A DNA stretch of 64,000 nt from Eledone cirrhosa (lineage: Eukaryota), in assembly GCA_964016885.1 (NCBI GenBank), contig OZ024743.1, positions 128,526,001 to 128,590,000 of the forward strand, written 5' to 3'. Below are positions 40,244 to 55,461 of the stretch, one piece after another. Each line of letters begins with the position of its first letter. The stretch's first letter is position 1. The notes beneath the pieces are model-generated. The model saw only the letters and a list, made by a program, of their open reading frames with translations, made no database searches and was not told the origin of the DNA. A program made the translations under genes and the position numbers.

Positions 40244-40502
40244 CTTTTCTCTGTGTAGATTCTATTTTTATTTCTATGTTCTCTAATTTACCCTTATGTT
40301 CTATTTTAGCATGTTGGTGGAATATAGATGATTCTTTTCTATCTTGAAGCTCTCGCCAGTGTTCATTTATCCGTTCACCTATACTACGAGCTGTCTCACC
40401 TATGTACACTATATTCTCATCTCTACATTGTCCTTCAGTACATCTTATGCTATATACTACATTTCTTGTTTTACAGTTAATATGGGGGCTTAGTTTACAG
40501 AT

Positions 40503-40534
<32 letters not shown>

Positions 40535-40599
40535 AATATACTAACCCATGATAGCGTGGAAGAACGGACGTAAAACGGTGATGATGATATATATATACA

Positions 40600-40800
40600 T
40601 CCAGAGTTGACATTGCACTCAGTGCTCCTTTGGGAGCCCCTACATGGACACACTAGAAGAGGAAGACCAAGGTTAACGTATGTTGATGCCCTAAGGACAG
40701 ACACTGGTCTGTTGGAGACGCAGGACATGGCAGCGATAATGAGGGACAGAGACCGCCGGAGAGAACTCGTCCATGGATCTCGGGAATTTTACCCGCCTTA
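40600..40800 (+). mobile_element. C-terminal end of a different RTE-group LINE
   Basis: [30 protein letters not shown]...MRDRDRRR then stop and (TA)n. Confidence 0.75.
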
Positions 40801-41109
40801 GATATATATATATATATATGTATATGTATATATGTATATGTGTATATGTATATATATATATATGTATATGTATATATATGTGTATATGTATATGTATATA
40901 TATATGTGTATATGTATATATATATATATGTGTATATGTATATATATATATATGTATGTGTATATATATATGTGTATGTTTATATATATATATATATATA
41001 TATACATATACACACAATACATATATATGTGTACATACATATATACACTTATACATATACATTCATATATATATACACACACATATATATATACACACAT
41101 ATTTACACA

Positions 41110-41150
<41 letters not shown>

Positions 41151-42382
41151 ATTTGCTACCAAGTCATACTTCATTGTAAGTGACAGCTGTGTGGATCCTT
41201 TAATATGTTAGATATAGTTAGATTAGTTCTACACCTGGTTACTCAAAATTGGAACTAGGGAGTTTCCTGGTTTCATGGAAATGTTGTTCTTGTTTTCTTT
41301 CCCCTGATTTGTTTTTCTTTCCTAAGTATGTGGGCGTATTTGTGAGTATATCTGTGAATGTGTGAGTATGTGTTTGTGTGTGTGTGTACATGTGTTTGTG
41401 TGTATGCATTTGATCAAAATTTCTAATAACCGGGATATCTTCAAAACTGAAATATAATTTAGTGAGAGTATGTATGTGTGCGTTCCATTGCTTAAACACA
41501 TGAATATACACACATACACAGAGGAATCCTTATACACTCACATAGACACACATGAACACACACATAAACATACATATGAGTAAATACACGCATCTAAAAA
41601 TACATACATACACTTATGATTGCAGAAACATGAGGAATGAAGTAAGAAATCATAAAGCAGAAAATCTTTCTGGAAAGATCTCTATATAAATCCCAAGAGT
41701 TTATATAATATAGAACAGTAAATATGAGTTACCCCCTCTTTGTTCCCAGAAGGAAAACAGCCAGAGATAAAAAAAAAAAAAACTTCCCACAAAAAAAAAA
41801 GAGGGAGAAGAAAACTTTGGAATGAATAAATCTTTATACTGTGTTTTTTTTAGGGAGTTTTGGTTATATAAAATGGTTAACAGAGATTTACTTGACAAGA
41901 CAGTAAAGCATCAGTAAACTAGTCATTAGAGTATAACTGAAAAAGGAATTAAGTAGCAGGCATGGCTGTGTGGTTTACAATTATGTATTTACAGGCTCAA
42001 TCCCATTACTCTATATATGTACTAATGCAGCTTAAACATGACTATAAGATGCTTTAACTACAACACTTGGAAACAGTTTATGATAAATCTTGAATTGGCA
42101 TTATAATAAAAGATTTGTAAATTTTTGATTAGATTTTATATCCATTGCCAATACTTTATTTTAACCCTCTTGATACAAACCTACCTGAGACTAGGAGACA
42201 AAATATCTCATTTTACAGATTTTATAGATAAATTAATTTCCAGACTATTAACCTCATCCCCAAAGATGTATAACCTCACTGATTATAATCTCTGCCAAAC
42301 CATGTTGGATAAACAGAATTGTTATAACCTTAGATAAAATGCTTTGTGGTATTTGTTCTAGACTTCTGTACTCTAAATTCAA

Positions 42383-42556
42383 CCCTTTAGCATTTGAAAT
42401 GGCCATATCCAGCCAGAATTCTCTCACCTCTTTCTGTTCAAACCAGCTGTAACTGGCCACTCAAAATAAATAATATCAAAATCTCATAGATTTGATATTA
42501 TGTGAGATAATGCCTTTACTGCTAACATACTCAATAGTAATATAAATGCTAAAGGG
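42383..42556. mobile_element. piggyBac-like MITE, family 1
   Basis: CCCTTTAGCATTT...AAATGCTAAAGGG with TCAA/TTAA flanks; internally homologous to 21101-21312. Confidence 0.8.
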
Positions 42557-42562
42557 TTAAAT

Positions 42563-42755
42563 CATAATTGTTTCTACTTTTGGCACAAGGCCAGCAATTA
42601 TCCCAGTGTATTACTGGTAGTTTATTTTATCGACCCCCGTAAGGATGAAAGGCAAAGTTAACCTCGGCAGGATTTGAACTCAGAATGGCAAGGGCCGTAA
42701 CTCTATGCGTCAAAGCATGGCATCCGACCCTCTACCGATACTGCCAATCCACCCA
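42563..42755 (-). mobile_element. Meta-like tRNA SINE
   Basis: High similarity to the reverse complement of 20605-20790; another copy at 46322-46485(-). Confidence 0.85.
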
Positions 42756-43834
42756 TAATGAAGACAACTTTGCTCTTCATATGTTCAGCATGTTACAACA
42801 TGTGACAAGGCTGGGCAACTTGAATTATAGGTACAGTCAAATAGATGGACTTCTATAGAGATTCCTTCTACCTAAGTTCACTTGTGGGATTTCATGATTG
42901 TGAAGCAAACTTCTTCACAATTAGTCATGCTACATCCAGAGGATATAGTTTAACTCTTCATGTCCTGCACACACATGAAGCCATATAGGCAAGACAGGCT
43001 TGAAAAGTACAAAACAGCAATATAACTATATAACTTCAAAAATTTAAGTCTTTACTTTAGCTTATTTCAACTTTTGACAATGAGCTGTCCAGTAGTCATG
43101 ATACTGTAAACATTTAGGTTAACACACCCCATTTTTAGTTAAGTTTCTGTTAAATCATTACAGGGTTTTAAGTGTTAAAAAGAGGCCCTTCCAAGCTAAT
43201 GTGTTCTAAGTACATTACATAAAGATAAAGTCTTCAATGGTACCTTTATAACCCTATTGGTTTCAAAATTCATCACTTACAACCACCATAATGTTAAGAT
43301 CAAACCCTATCATGGCTATATGTTGCAATAGTTTCTGTCACTTAAATGTTTCATATTGTAAAATATTAAGAGAAGTCCAAAAACATTATATGACAGTTTA
43401 CAGTGATGTCAGTAAATGAACAAGATTAACCCATCCCAAACCACTCATATTAACGAGTTCCTATTTAAATCAAAAATATTCCAACATAATTTGATATATG
43501 AACCTTCTCTTAAGTTATGTTACAAATGCCATTTCAATAATGAAATAATTGATAATTTTATTGAATCACTCCAAATATACAGAGTATTTCATTAGAAATA
43601 TAGTCATGAAGGGTATCCCACTATATATGTGTGTGTAGACAGTTCCTTAAGATGGATGTGTGACTGATATCTTTCAAGAACTGTACTTAAAAAGCCAGAC
43701 CAACATTACATTATCATATAAACAATCTGTAATATAAACCCTGAGGAATAAAAAATAAATAAAAATAAGTAAATAAAATATTGTTCTTTATTTCTAATTC
43801 AGTAACGTGTGTGTATGCATGCGCCTGTATTTAA

Positions 43835-44248
43835 CCCGTTCATTACTGTATTTCTAATAAAACACACTGCCTATGATTTTCAAATAATATGAAAATTAAT
43901 CATGAACTTGAAAGGGAATTAGTGAAATAACTTTCTCATTATTAACCTTGTGTTTGGAGGATAACTTAAATGTTCTAACATAAAATTACAACAAGGATTT
44001 TAGATAAATATAAACATTTAATCTTTTTCAGATGAACCCACCAGAAACTGCCACTAGTTCTGCCATAAAACCGTCCATTTTAAAGAGTTCATATCTATAT
44101 GAAAACCTTCCATTATAATTTTATTGTATTCTAAATGTCAACTTAATGTAAAAGTCATTTTACTAAAACCCTCCAAATTCTTGGTTTATTTTTAACAATA
44201 ACTGAAACACATTCAATGTATTTCATGAGGAATATAGTAAGGAACGGA
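43835..44248. mobile_element. piggyBac-like MITE, family 2
   Basis: TTAA flanks; TIR CCCGTTCATTACT / AGTAAGGAACGGA; related internal sequence near 2120-2354, 3465-3690 and 36120-36567. Confidence 0.6.
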
Positions 44249-44622
44249 TTAAATTAAGCAGTTTTACATCAAAGAAACAGGGGTGATTTCAGGCGGTTGG
44301 GTATCAAAAGAATTTTAAGCACTGAAAATGGTGTTTCAAGTTACTCAGTCTTAAATTTAAGGATGTTTACAATTTAGTGTAAACTTTTAACCAACAGCCT
44401 GTCACAGCCTGTCCTCACAAATTTGACAGCATATTTAGGGGGTCACGGGAGTGCACATGGGTTGATTCAATTACAGAGGAAATGTGTAATTCTTCCATGA
44501 CTGGCACTATCATTCATACGACTGGCAGTGTCATCCATTCAGTGATGTCAGTTATGTAAGAGTTGAAACAGTAAACAGAAAGGAACTTGTGTATTTGTTG
44601 GTAAGCTCTACTCTATGTATAA

Positions 44623-44674
<52 letters not shown>

Positions 44675-44838
44675 CGTAAATAAGACTGCTATTGCTCCAA
44701 TCAGTATACTTACCCTCAGCAAATACCCTAAACCAAATGCATGGCTTCTGCTAAGCAAACCATACTGACCCTCCAAATTTGTGAAATCATATGCAGACCA
44801 CCCATTCTCTATGTATACATACACACATATACATACAT

Positions 44839-44874
<36 letters not shown>

Positions 44875-45779
44875 ATATATTGGGTGTATTTCTCCCCAAA
44901 CTACCAAAACACACATCTATTTGTATATGTGTTACAATTTATGTACATGTTTATCGCATACCAAAGTATTTTATATATTGGTTCATATTTGATAATAAAA
45001 GCTAAACTAATCACTACAACTAAATTGACCAAATTTGGTGTCCCCAATTCAGAAATGCTTCCACCCCCCATTATATATATGTATGTATGTATGTAAGTCA
45101 GGTCACCAGTTGGTGCTACTGGTAACATGTATCCCAGTACAACCTGTCCCATGGTCGGGTCGTTGGCGACTAAACTAGCAACTCCACCAAGGTTTCTTGG
45201 TGAGGAGGGTGACTTTAGACATCCTGCAGGACTAAAAACAAAACCTGTCAAAGGGCAAAGGAGCTCTTAAGAGTCAATGACCATCCAAAATCACCGGGAG
45301 AGATGACCTCGTAGCCTTTGTCAAGGCAGAATTCTAGGAGAAGGAAAACACCTGCAACCTTGATGGTATCCAATGATGTTGACTTGTTCTTCTTTTTGGT
45401 AAATATCATCTTGGTTAAGAGAATGGGACTGGCTTTGTGCATGCCTTTGCTCACTATAAAATCTTCATGGCACAGGCATTGCTTTATATCTGGAGATCTC
45501 TCTGCACTTGTCGTCACATGGTACCATGGGCCCAGCACTATGTGTCAGTAATTGTCACAAGTGTAGTGTTTGTACCAGAGTTTTCAAGTCACTGGCTGGA
45601 CTAAAAAGTCACACTCGTTCAGTGCATCGCTAGGGGTTCTCCTACATGGATATAAAGTAGTGGCCGTACTCGAAAACGAGTTGGCAGCCACCATGTATGC
45701 ATGCATGCATGCATGTGTGTCTGTGTCTGTGTCTGTGTGTGTGTGTGTACATACATCTCTTTTACTCTTTTATCTGTTC

Positions 45780-46292
45780 CAGTCATCCGGCTGAGGCCAT
45801 GCCTGTGTTGGCTGGCCATAGGTGTAAGAGGGAGTTCATTGCTGCTGCCCTTAAGTTACCTTTGTACTGTGCTGTGGTCTCATCTGGGATCCTGGATAGC
45901 AGGGTGTCAAGACATTTCTTGAAAACAACCACATCCACACCATGCAGATCTTTCAAATTTCTTGGCAGCTTGTTGAAGAGCTGAGGGCCTTTGGACCCCA
46001 GGCTATTGCAATATCTGCTCCTTATTCTAGATGTGGAAGATGGGACCATTGGCACCACACAGTGACGTCCTGTTCGGGGGTTGATCCAGCTCTCAATGCC
46101 AAAGTTTGGTGCTAGTCCCTACAGGATTTTCAGTATGTATATCACTGAGTATCTCTACCGTCTTCGTTCCAAGGAGTAGTTTCGGTTCTTTTAGCCTCTC
46201 CCTGTATCTCATCTCCATCGTGGCTATCCTCTTGGTGTAGCTTCGTTGGATTGCCTCACGCTCCATAGTTAGTTTGATACTATGGGGTGACC
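45780..46292 (-). mobile_element. CR1-clade LINE ORF2 C-terminal fragment
   Basis: SPHSIKL..EAIQRSYTKRI, YSLERRR.RY, GRHCVVP..., GPQLFNKLPRNLKDL...FKKCLDTLLSRIPDE. Confidence 0.85.
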
Positions 46293-46609
46293 TTATATGT
46301 GTTTATTTATATATATACACATAATTGTTTCTACTTTTGACACAAGGCCAGCAATTACCCAGTACATTACTGGTACTTTATTTTATCGACCCCATAAGGA
46401 ATGAAAGGCAAAGTTAACCTCGGCGGGATTTGAACACAGAGTGTAAAGGGACGTAACTATGCTAGAAAGCATGGCGTCCAACCCTAAATTGGTGTAGTTA
46501 ACTTAGTTGAGAGAGTGTCAGACTGCTGTTGTTTTCAGAAGAAGAAATACAGTAAAATTGACAGGTGCTATATGTTAGCTTCAAGTGCTGGGTTCAATTC
46601 CACTGGGTT

Positions 46610-46954
46610 GAGAGAGAGAGAAGGAGAAGGAGAGTGAGAGAGAGTGTATGTGTGTGAGAGAGTGTGTGTGGGAGAGTGTGTGTGGGAGTGTGTGTGTGTG
46701 TGGGAGTGTGTATGTATGTGTGGGGGAGTGTGTGAGAGAGTATGTGAGTGTGTGAGAGAGAGAGTGTGTGAGAGAGAGTGTGTGTGTGAGAGAGAGAGTG
46801 TGTGAGAGAGAGAGTGTGTGTGAGAGAGAGTGTGTGAGAGAGAGAGTGTGTGAGAGAGAGGGAGTGTGTGAGAAAGAGAGAGTGTGTGAGAGAGAGAGTG
46901 TGTGAGAGAGAGTGTGTGTGAGAGAGAGTGTGTGTGAGAGAGACAGTGTGTGTG

Positions 46955-46992
<38 letters not shown>

Positions 46993-46998
46993 AGAGAG
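46610..46998. repeat. Compound (GA)n/(GT)n microsatellite
   Basis: Alternating GA and GT runs. Confidence 0.95.
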
Positions 46999-48764
46999 AA
47001 TGAAAGAGACAGATATCTTTACCAAAGTGATAGTCTCAAGAAGTCGCAACGATTGTAACATGAGTTGATAGGTACAGTTCATCACTGTAAGTAGAGGGAG
47101 CAGAATATAATAAATGAGTGTTTCAATAGCTTGAGGAAAAAATAAAAACCACCCTAGATACATCCTACAGAGTATTGCATAATAATTAAGTGTTTCATTA
47201 GCTTGATGTGTTGGATTTAATTTCCTTCAGACGTGTATTCGGCTGGGAAAGCCATTTTCCCACTTATTGTCACTACGAGATTTTGAAATGATGAGCAAGA
47301 TTGGCTAGAATCCTACAATGTCCACAGGACATAGGAAACAAAAATATAAACTATATCAATAGCTGGATCTTCCATCACTAAAAATATGTATCAATGCATA
47401 ATCATTGTTTTTATGAAGAAATCTAGTGCCTTTTCCTTTCCCAACAACAAGATCAACTGAGGGAATGTACAATAAATTATGGATAATGCTAGAATATGGA
47501 GGAAGTGAGTTAGAAATAATTAATACAAAAGATAAGGGCAGTGGATGGGTAATATCGGTAAGGGCGTCAGACAAAATGCTTTACAGTATTTAGTTATGAC
47601 TTTTTACAGATTGATATAATCGACCTGTATGGTCTTGTAACTCCTGATAGAGTCGTAGGAGCGCCATATTGACATACAGCGTTTCTTGGGCATTTTAAGT
47701 TTGGTGGAGCCCATCCTTTGTTTGTGCAGACGGCCATCTCCTTCTTGATTGCAGTAAATAGGGAAATGGTTTGGAGACCCAGGATGCCAGATGTTTCTAT
47801 AGTTACCAGTTTGATGATAAACTTATTAGAGAGTGGTTAGTACCTTAATAGCTAGCGACCTTCAGTGTGTCAGGCATTGAAGCCTGGCTGCTACTACAGT
47901 CATTTACCACACCATTACAACAAAATACGAATGTTTATAATACACATTTAAAGCTGAAAGGGTCATTGGTATTATAATGAAAGCAAGCTACGTAACAGCA
48001 CAGTAGTAGATATATGGGGAGAGGAGGAGGTGGAGGGTGAGAAGGAGGAAGAGGTGGAGGAATGTCCATTGGTTCAAGCAATGAATATTTAGTTGTTTAA
48101 TCAACTGAATGTCCAACTGATGCTCAACAAAATATCTGCTAAGATGAACCACCATTGTTTTCGACAATGAGTGCTCCAGTTGTTCTATCAACGGAACATC
48201 CTGCTCTACAAATACGTAATTCTCAGAGAGATTCAGCATGACACAGTGTTTGATAAGGATGGGCCCATTAAATTACAGGTACAGTCCATCCAACGGGCTT
48301 CCAAATAATTCCTATTTACTCAATTTCACTCACAAGTCTGGTGACAACCTGAGAGGCTCTGGTAAAGTCATTTGCATGTGTATATTGCCAAAGGGATCGA
48401 ACCCGGTACCTTATGGCAGCAAAGCAAACCTCTTAATCATTGTCAACGATGCCTACAGCTACCTTGCTACTCTACCAATTATCTGTTACTACAGTGTATT
48501 TACCACACCATTAATCCCTCTGATCCCTCTTTTCAATGACACAACAAAAATATGGAAGTTTATGTATCACACACATACAATGGAACACTTGAAGCTGGGG
48601 GCTAATATATAAAAGAGTACTGATAATAATTAGGGCAAGCTACACAAGAACACATACAAGTACATACATACACAGTAGACAGTGGGGCAGCAGAGTAGTG
48701 GTTCTTCAGAAATGTCAATAGCTTCATCCTTTAATCCCTTAACACTGCCCACATTTATAGTGAA

Positions 48765-50481
48765 GACAGACACACAACATACGACTCCCAATACACACAC
48801 ACAACATACAACTCCCAATACATACACACACAGAATACAATACCCAATGCACATACACACACATAACATACAATACCCAACAAACACACAGAGACACACA
48901 CAACAAACACAATACATACACACACACACATCCAACAAACACAATACATACACACACACACACATCCAACAAACACAAAACACACACACACACACCTTAC
49001 AATACACACCATTGTTGACTTTGATATCCAGAAACACACTACTGGTCCTTTTGAGTAAATTTTTCTTAGCCACTTTCAAATGTATATGCATGTGTATATA
49101 TGTGTGTGGATATATATAAGCATGTGAGTGTATGTGTGTATATATGTGTATGGATATATATAAGCATGTGAGTGTATGTGTGTATATATGTGTATGGATT
49201 TATATAAGCATGTGTTTGTATATGCATATGTGTATATATATGTGTGTGTGGAAATATATAAGCATGTGTAAATATGTGTGTATATATATGGTATGGATAT
49301 ATATATATAACCATGTGTCTGAATATGCATGTGAGTATGTGTGTATATATATGTGTATGAATATATATAAGCATGTGTCTGTATATGCATGTGTATGTAT
49401 GTGTATGGATATATATAAGCATGTGTGTATATGCATGTGTATGTATGTGTGTGGATATATATGTGCATGCGTATGTATGTGTGTGTATATATGTGTATGG
49501 ATTTATATAAGCATGTGTCTGTATATGCATGTATGGATGTATATAAGCATGTCAGTATATGCATGTGTATGTATGTGTGTATATATATATATATGTGTAT
49601 GAATATATATCTGTATATGCATGTGTATGTATGTGTGTGCATATATATATATATATGTATATGGATATATAAGAGTGTATCTGTATATGCATGTGTATGT
49701 AGCTGTGTATATATGTATATGGATATGTAAGAGTGTGTCTGTATATGTATGTGTGTATATATGTGTATGTATGTATATATATATAAGCATGTGTATGTGT
49801 GTATATATGTATATATGTGTATGGATATATATAAGCGTGTGTCTGTATATGCATGTGTAAGTCTCTCACTATATGTGGGTGTCTCTGTGTGTGTGTGCGT
49901 GTGTGTTGTTTGTAAGGACTTTGTATATAGTTTGTCCTTTTGAAACGTTGTTAGCAGCGGTGGTGGTGGTGGTGGTGGTGATGGTGGTGGTGGCGGTGGT
50001 GGTGGTGGTGATGGTGGTGGAGGCGGTGGTGGTGGTGGAGGCGGTGGTGGTGGTGGTGATGGTGGTGGTGGTGGCGGTGGTAGTGATGGTGGTGGTGGTG
50101 ATGGTGGTGGTGGTGGTGATGGTGGTGGAGGCGGTGGTGGTGGTGGTGATGGTGGTGGTGGTGATGGTGGTGATGGTGGAGATGGTGGTGGTGATGGTGG
50201 AGGCGGTGATGGTGGAGGCGGTGGTGGTGATGGTGGTGGTGGTGGTGGTGGTGATGGTGGTATTGGTGTTGTCAAAAATACAGTAGGGATATGTTAAGTT
50301 CCTGTGAATCAAGTTCATGACCTGGTTTCAATTCCACTCTACCACCACCCATACACCATTGGTCCTTGCCATTTCACTTCATTTACATATCTGGATGTAT
50401 GTGGTGTGTCGGCGGTAGTAGTGATGGTGGTGTTGGCTGTTGGTAAAGCTTGGTGGTAGCCACAATATGATGGTGGTGATG

Positions 50482-50514
<33 letters not shown>

Positions 50515-50526
50515 ATAGTGGTGATG

Positions 50527-50559
<33 letters not shown>

Positions 50560-50571
50560 ATAGTGGTGATG

Positions 50572-50604
<33 letters not shown>

Positions 50605-50670
50605 ATAGTGGTAGTAGTAGTAGTAGTAATAGTAGTAGTGATAGTGGTAGTAGTAGTAGTAGTGATAGTG

Positions 50671-50716
<46 letters not shown>

Positions 50717-51360
50717 TAGTAATAGTAGTGATAGTGGTAGTAGTAGTAGTAGTGATAGTACTGATAGTAGTAGTAGTAGTAGTAGTGGCGGTGCTGATGA
50801 TGCAGGGTATGACAATAATGGTGGAGTAGTGCTGGGTGGTATGATGGTAGTGATGACGCAATGGTGGTGGTCGTGGTGGTGGTGGAATAAGTGGTTGCGT
50901 TGGTGACATTGACATTGGTGTCTAGTACAGTATAGTGATGGTAACGTTGATAGTGATAATAATGATGATGATGATGATGATGATGTTAGTGTAGTTGTGG
51001 TGGTAGTGGTGGAGGCTTGTCGATAGTGGCCTTCAATACGGTGGCAGTGGTGCTGGTAGTAGCGCCGATGGTATGGCGATGGTAGTGATGATGCAGTGTT
51101 ATTAAAGGCGGCGGCGACGGCACAATAGAAATAGCGATGGTGGTGGTGGTGGTGGTGGTGGTGTCGGTAGTTAGGGTATAGAGATGGTGGTGGTGTTGTG
51201 GTGGTATGGCTATTATTAATGGAGGAGGTAGTCTCAGTAGAAATTGTGACCGTGATGGTTATAATGGTCGGGATGGTATTGGTATAAAAGTGTGACAATA
51301 ACATGTAGTGGTGGGGATGGTATGATACTGTGATGATGGTGGGGGGGGGGGGGGGGGTTG
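48765..51360. repeat. Block of simple repeats: CA-rich, degenerate TATG/AGCATG minisatellite, (GGT)n, (AGT)n
   Basis: Directly visible; source of the poly-P/T/S/V ORFs in the track. Confidence 0.92.
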
Positions 51361-51757
51361 TGGTGGCAGTTATAGTATGGCTGCATAGATAGGAAGGTGT
51401 ATATATACACTTGATTAAAAAGAATACTTTAGGTGTCCCCCAACTCTAACGGTGGTTAAAGATGGAGGGGAGAAGGCCGCAAGGAATCCACTTTCCCTCT
51501 TCTGTACATAATGTGGGGGAGAGGAAAAGGATTAAGTTCTATAGTGAAAGTAATGGCCCGGGGAGGCGATGTCGAAAATGTGGTTAGGGGGATGAGTGAG
51601 ATGTGGGTGGCAAGGAAGAAGCCAGGTTAGACAAGGAAATTAAACATTGCTAACAATAACTAACAACAACAATACTTGTAGCAACACTGCAAATGAAAGT
51701 TATGAGGTGGATGTGGCGTAGATGGAAGGGTGGGGGGAATTTCAAACAAACACACAC

Positions 51758-51790
<33 letters not shown>

Positions 51791-51793
<3 letters not shown>

Positions 51794-52278
51794 ATATAAA
51801 AAACGAAAAATCAGTGGTGCATCTAGACTCAGTTTATTGCGTGTTACAATTGTTTCGCTGGCAGATAGCTCGAGACATGATCATTGTATGGATCTGCCTG
51901 ATTCTATAACAGCCGGTTCTTCGGACACATGCAATGCTTTCGGAGCAAATTTTCTCACCGAGACATGATCATTGTATGGATCTGCCTGATTCTATAACAG
52001 CCGGTTCTTCGGACACATGCAATGCTTTTGGAGCAAATTTTCTCACTCAGAGAGAAAATTTGCCCCAAAGGCATTGCATGTGTCCGAAGAACCCGCTGTT
52101 ATAGAATCAGGCAGATCCATACAATGATCATGTCTCGAGCTATCTGCCGGCGAAACAATTGTAACACGCAATAAACTGAGTCTAGATGCACCACTGATTT
52201 TTCGCTTTTTATATTATATCACACTCTGCTCAACTGGCATACCGCCTATGGAAGAACCATAGCTACCAATAAACACAC

Positions 52279-52280
<2 letters not shown>
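51791..52280. mobile_element. Inverted pair of PLE-type 3' termini carrying an HHR-like motif
   Basis: Left arm 51791-52044 (with an ~88-bp internal tandem duplication) is the reverse complement of 52052-52218; right arm extends ~60 bp further; (TA)n on both sides. Confidence 0.8.
52080..52167 (+). ncRNA. Type I hammerhead-like motif with CCGAAGA core and enlarged stem II
   Basis: GTGT-CCGAAGA-A-CC(C/G)GC-~50 nt-GCCGG-C-GAAA-CAATTG-TA-ACAC then AATAAA at 52170; palindromic ACAATTGT stem III. Confidence 0.65.
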
Positions 52281-52317
<37 letters not shown>

Positions 52318-52404
52318 AGAAATGGCTTCTACAGAACTAAAAATCATCAGGAAAGTCCGATTGAACCCAGGTTACACACACAGATATATATATATATTAT
52401 ATAT

Positions 52405-53311
52405 ATCATCATCATCATCATCATCATCATCACCGTTTTACGTCCGTTCTTCCACGCTAGCATGGGTTAGACGGGTTGTCCTGTTGTGGGCAGTGTCTGG
52501 TCGGCTGACCATGCCTTGCTCATACAGGAACTGATCTGGCTTGATTTCTACAGCTGGATGCCCTTCCTAACACCAACCTCATTTACAGTGAGTGCTGGGT
52601 GCTTTTTCGTGGCGCCTACACGTCCACTTTACAGTGTGGGCTGGGTGCTTTTTTGCCGTGACACCTCCACGACCACCTTGCGGTGAGGGGGGGGGGCATA
52701 TTGTTTATATGCTTCAGCATGTACCCATGGGAGGTCGGGTACCCTGTATTACTGCGTGACGCCAGAAGTCACGGTCGTGTGTCAATGACTTTGAGAGGTG
52801 TAGTTGGGTAAGGTCGGCTTTTATCACCTCATCCCAAGTCATCTTGGGTCTCCCCACTCCGCGGTTTCCATCAACTTCTAGTGCTCTGCACCTTTTTATG
52901 CAGCTGTCATCCTTCATACGCATCACATGTCCATACCAGCGTAACCGCCTCTCCTGCACGCAGCATTTGATTCCTCTTATGCTCAGTCTCTCTCTCAATT
53001 CCTTTATGCTTTGTCGTTCACGTATATTACTGTTACACATCCATCGGAGCATGCAGGCTTCGTTTCTCTCTAATCTACGTAAGTCTTCCACCTTCAGCGC
53101 CCAGGTCTCACTACCATGCAACATCGCTGTTCGGATACACGCATCATACAGTCTGCCTTTCATTCTGAGGGAGAAGCCTTTTGCAGCTAGCAGTGGTAGT
53201 AGTTCCCTAAACTTCTTCCATCCCGTCTTACCCTAGTTATTGTACTTTCTGAGCACCCACCTCCGTTGCTAATTCGGTCACCTAGGTAGCAGAAGCTGTC
53301 TACTGTTTCTA
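52405..53311 (-). mobile_element. RTE subfamily B 3' portion
   Basis: ORF 52714-53163 (MKGRLYDACIRTAMLHGSETW...RRLRWYGHV), 3' UTR, (CAT)n tail. Confidence 0.92.
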
Positions 53312-53339
53312 CATATATATATATATTATTTATATAAGG

Positions 53340-54005
53340 AATAAATTAGAGATAAGAGGGATCAGATGTTGTTTACTCGAGAGAAGGCTACGTTGGTATG
53401 GACACGTGATGCGCATGAAAGTCGATAGCTGTATAACAAAGTGCAGGGCAATAAAGATAGACGGTAGTCACGGAATAGGCAGACCTAGAAAAACCTGGGA
53501 CGAGCTGATAAACTCCGACATCACACACTTACACCTCTCCAAGACAATGTCACTGGACCGAGACCTTTGGCGGTACTCAGTAACAGAGAAGACCCGCCTT
53601 ACCTAAATATATAGTAAAACCTACTCCAGCCAGTAGGCATCTCTAACAAAATACACCCCGTCCCACCACCCCCACCCCCACCCGATCCACACCACCCCGT
53701 TCTATGTAAAGTTATGTTGGTGCCGCGCCATCGAGGCCGAAACAAATGAGATCGTGTAGGTGTCACGACAAAAAAACACACAGTCCACGCTGTAATGTGG
53801 CCGTGTAGGCAACACGGTAAAAACCTCCCAGACCCACACTGTAAATGTGGTTGGTGTTAGGAAGGGCATCCAACTGTAGAAAACCTGCCAGACAGTCCTA
53901 TGCGAGCAAGACAATCACTCTTGCCTCAAGTGGGACTACCCCCGTCCAAACCCATGCAAGCGTGGAACACGGACGTTAAACGTTGATGATGATGATGATG
54001 ATGAT
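53340..54005 (+). mobile_element. RTE subfamily A 3' end
   Basis: [17 protein letters not shown]...DRDLWRY, UTR, (GAT)n tail. Confidence 0.92.

Positions 54006-55460
<1,455 letters not shown>

Positions 55461-55461
<1 letters not shown>

Larger units (their letters stand above)
38941..40500 (-). mobile_element. PLE 3' portion (GIY-YIG, 3' UTR, HHR) interrupted by an RTE fragment
   Basis: NCKTRNVVYSIRC...VYIGETARSIGERINEH at 40245-40500 and INELQPKLNRKHE at ~39340-39410; HHR-like motif at 39094-39138. Confidence 0.8.

Noticed and set aside
49076-51304. Long Pro-, Thr-, Ser- and Leu-rich ORFs (up to 399 aa)
   Set aside because: Translations of (GGT)n, (AGT)n and TATG repeats, open in several frames on both strands, with no domain.
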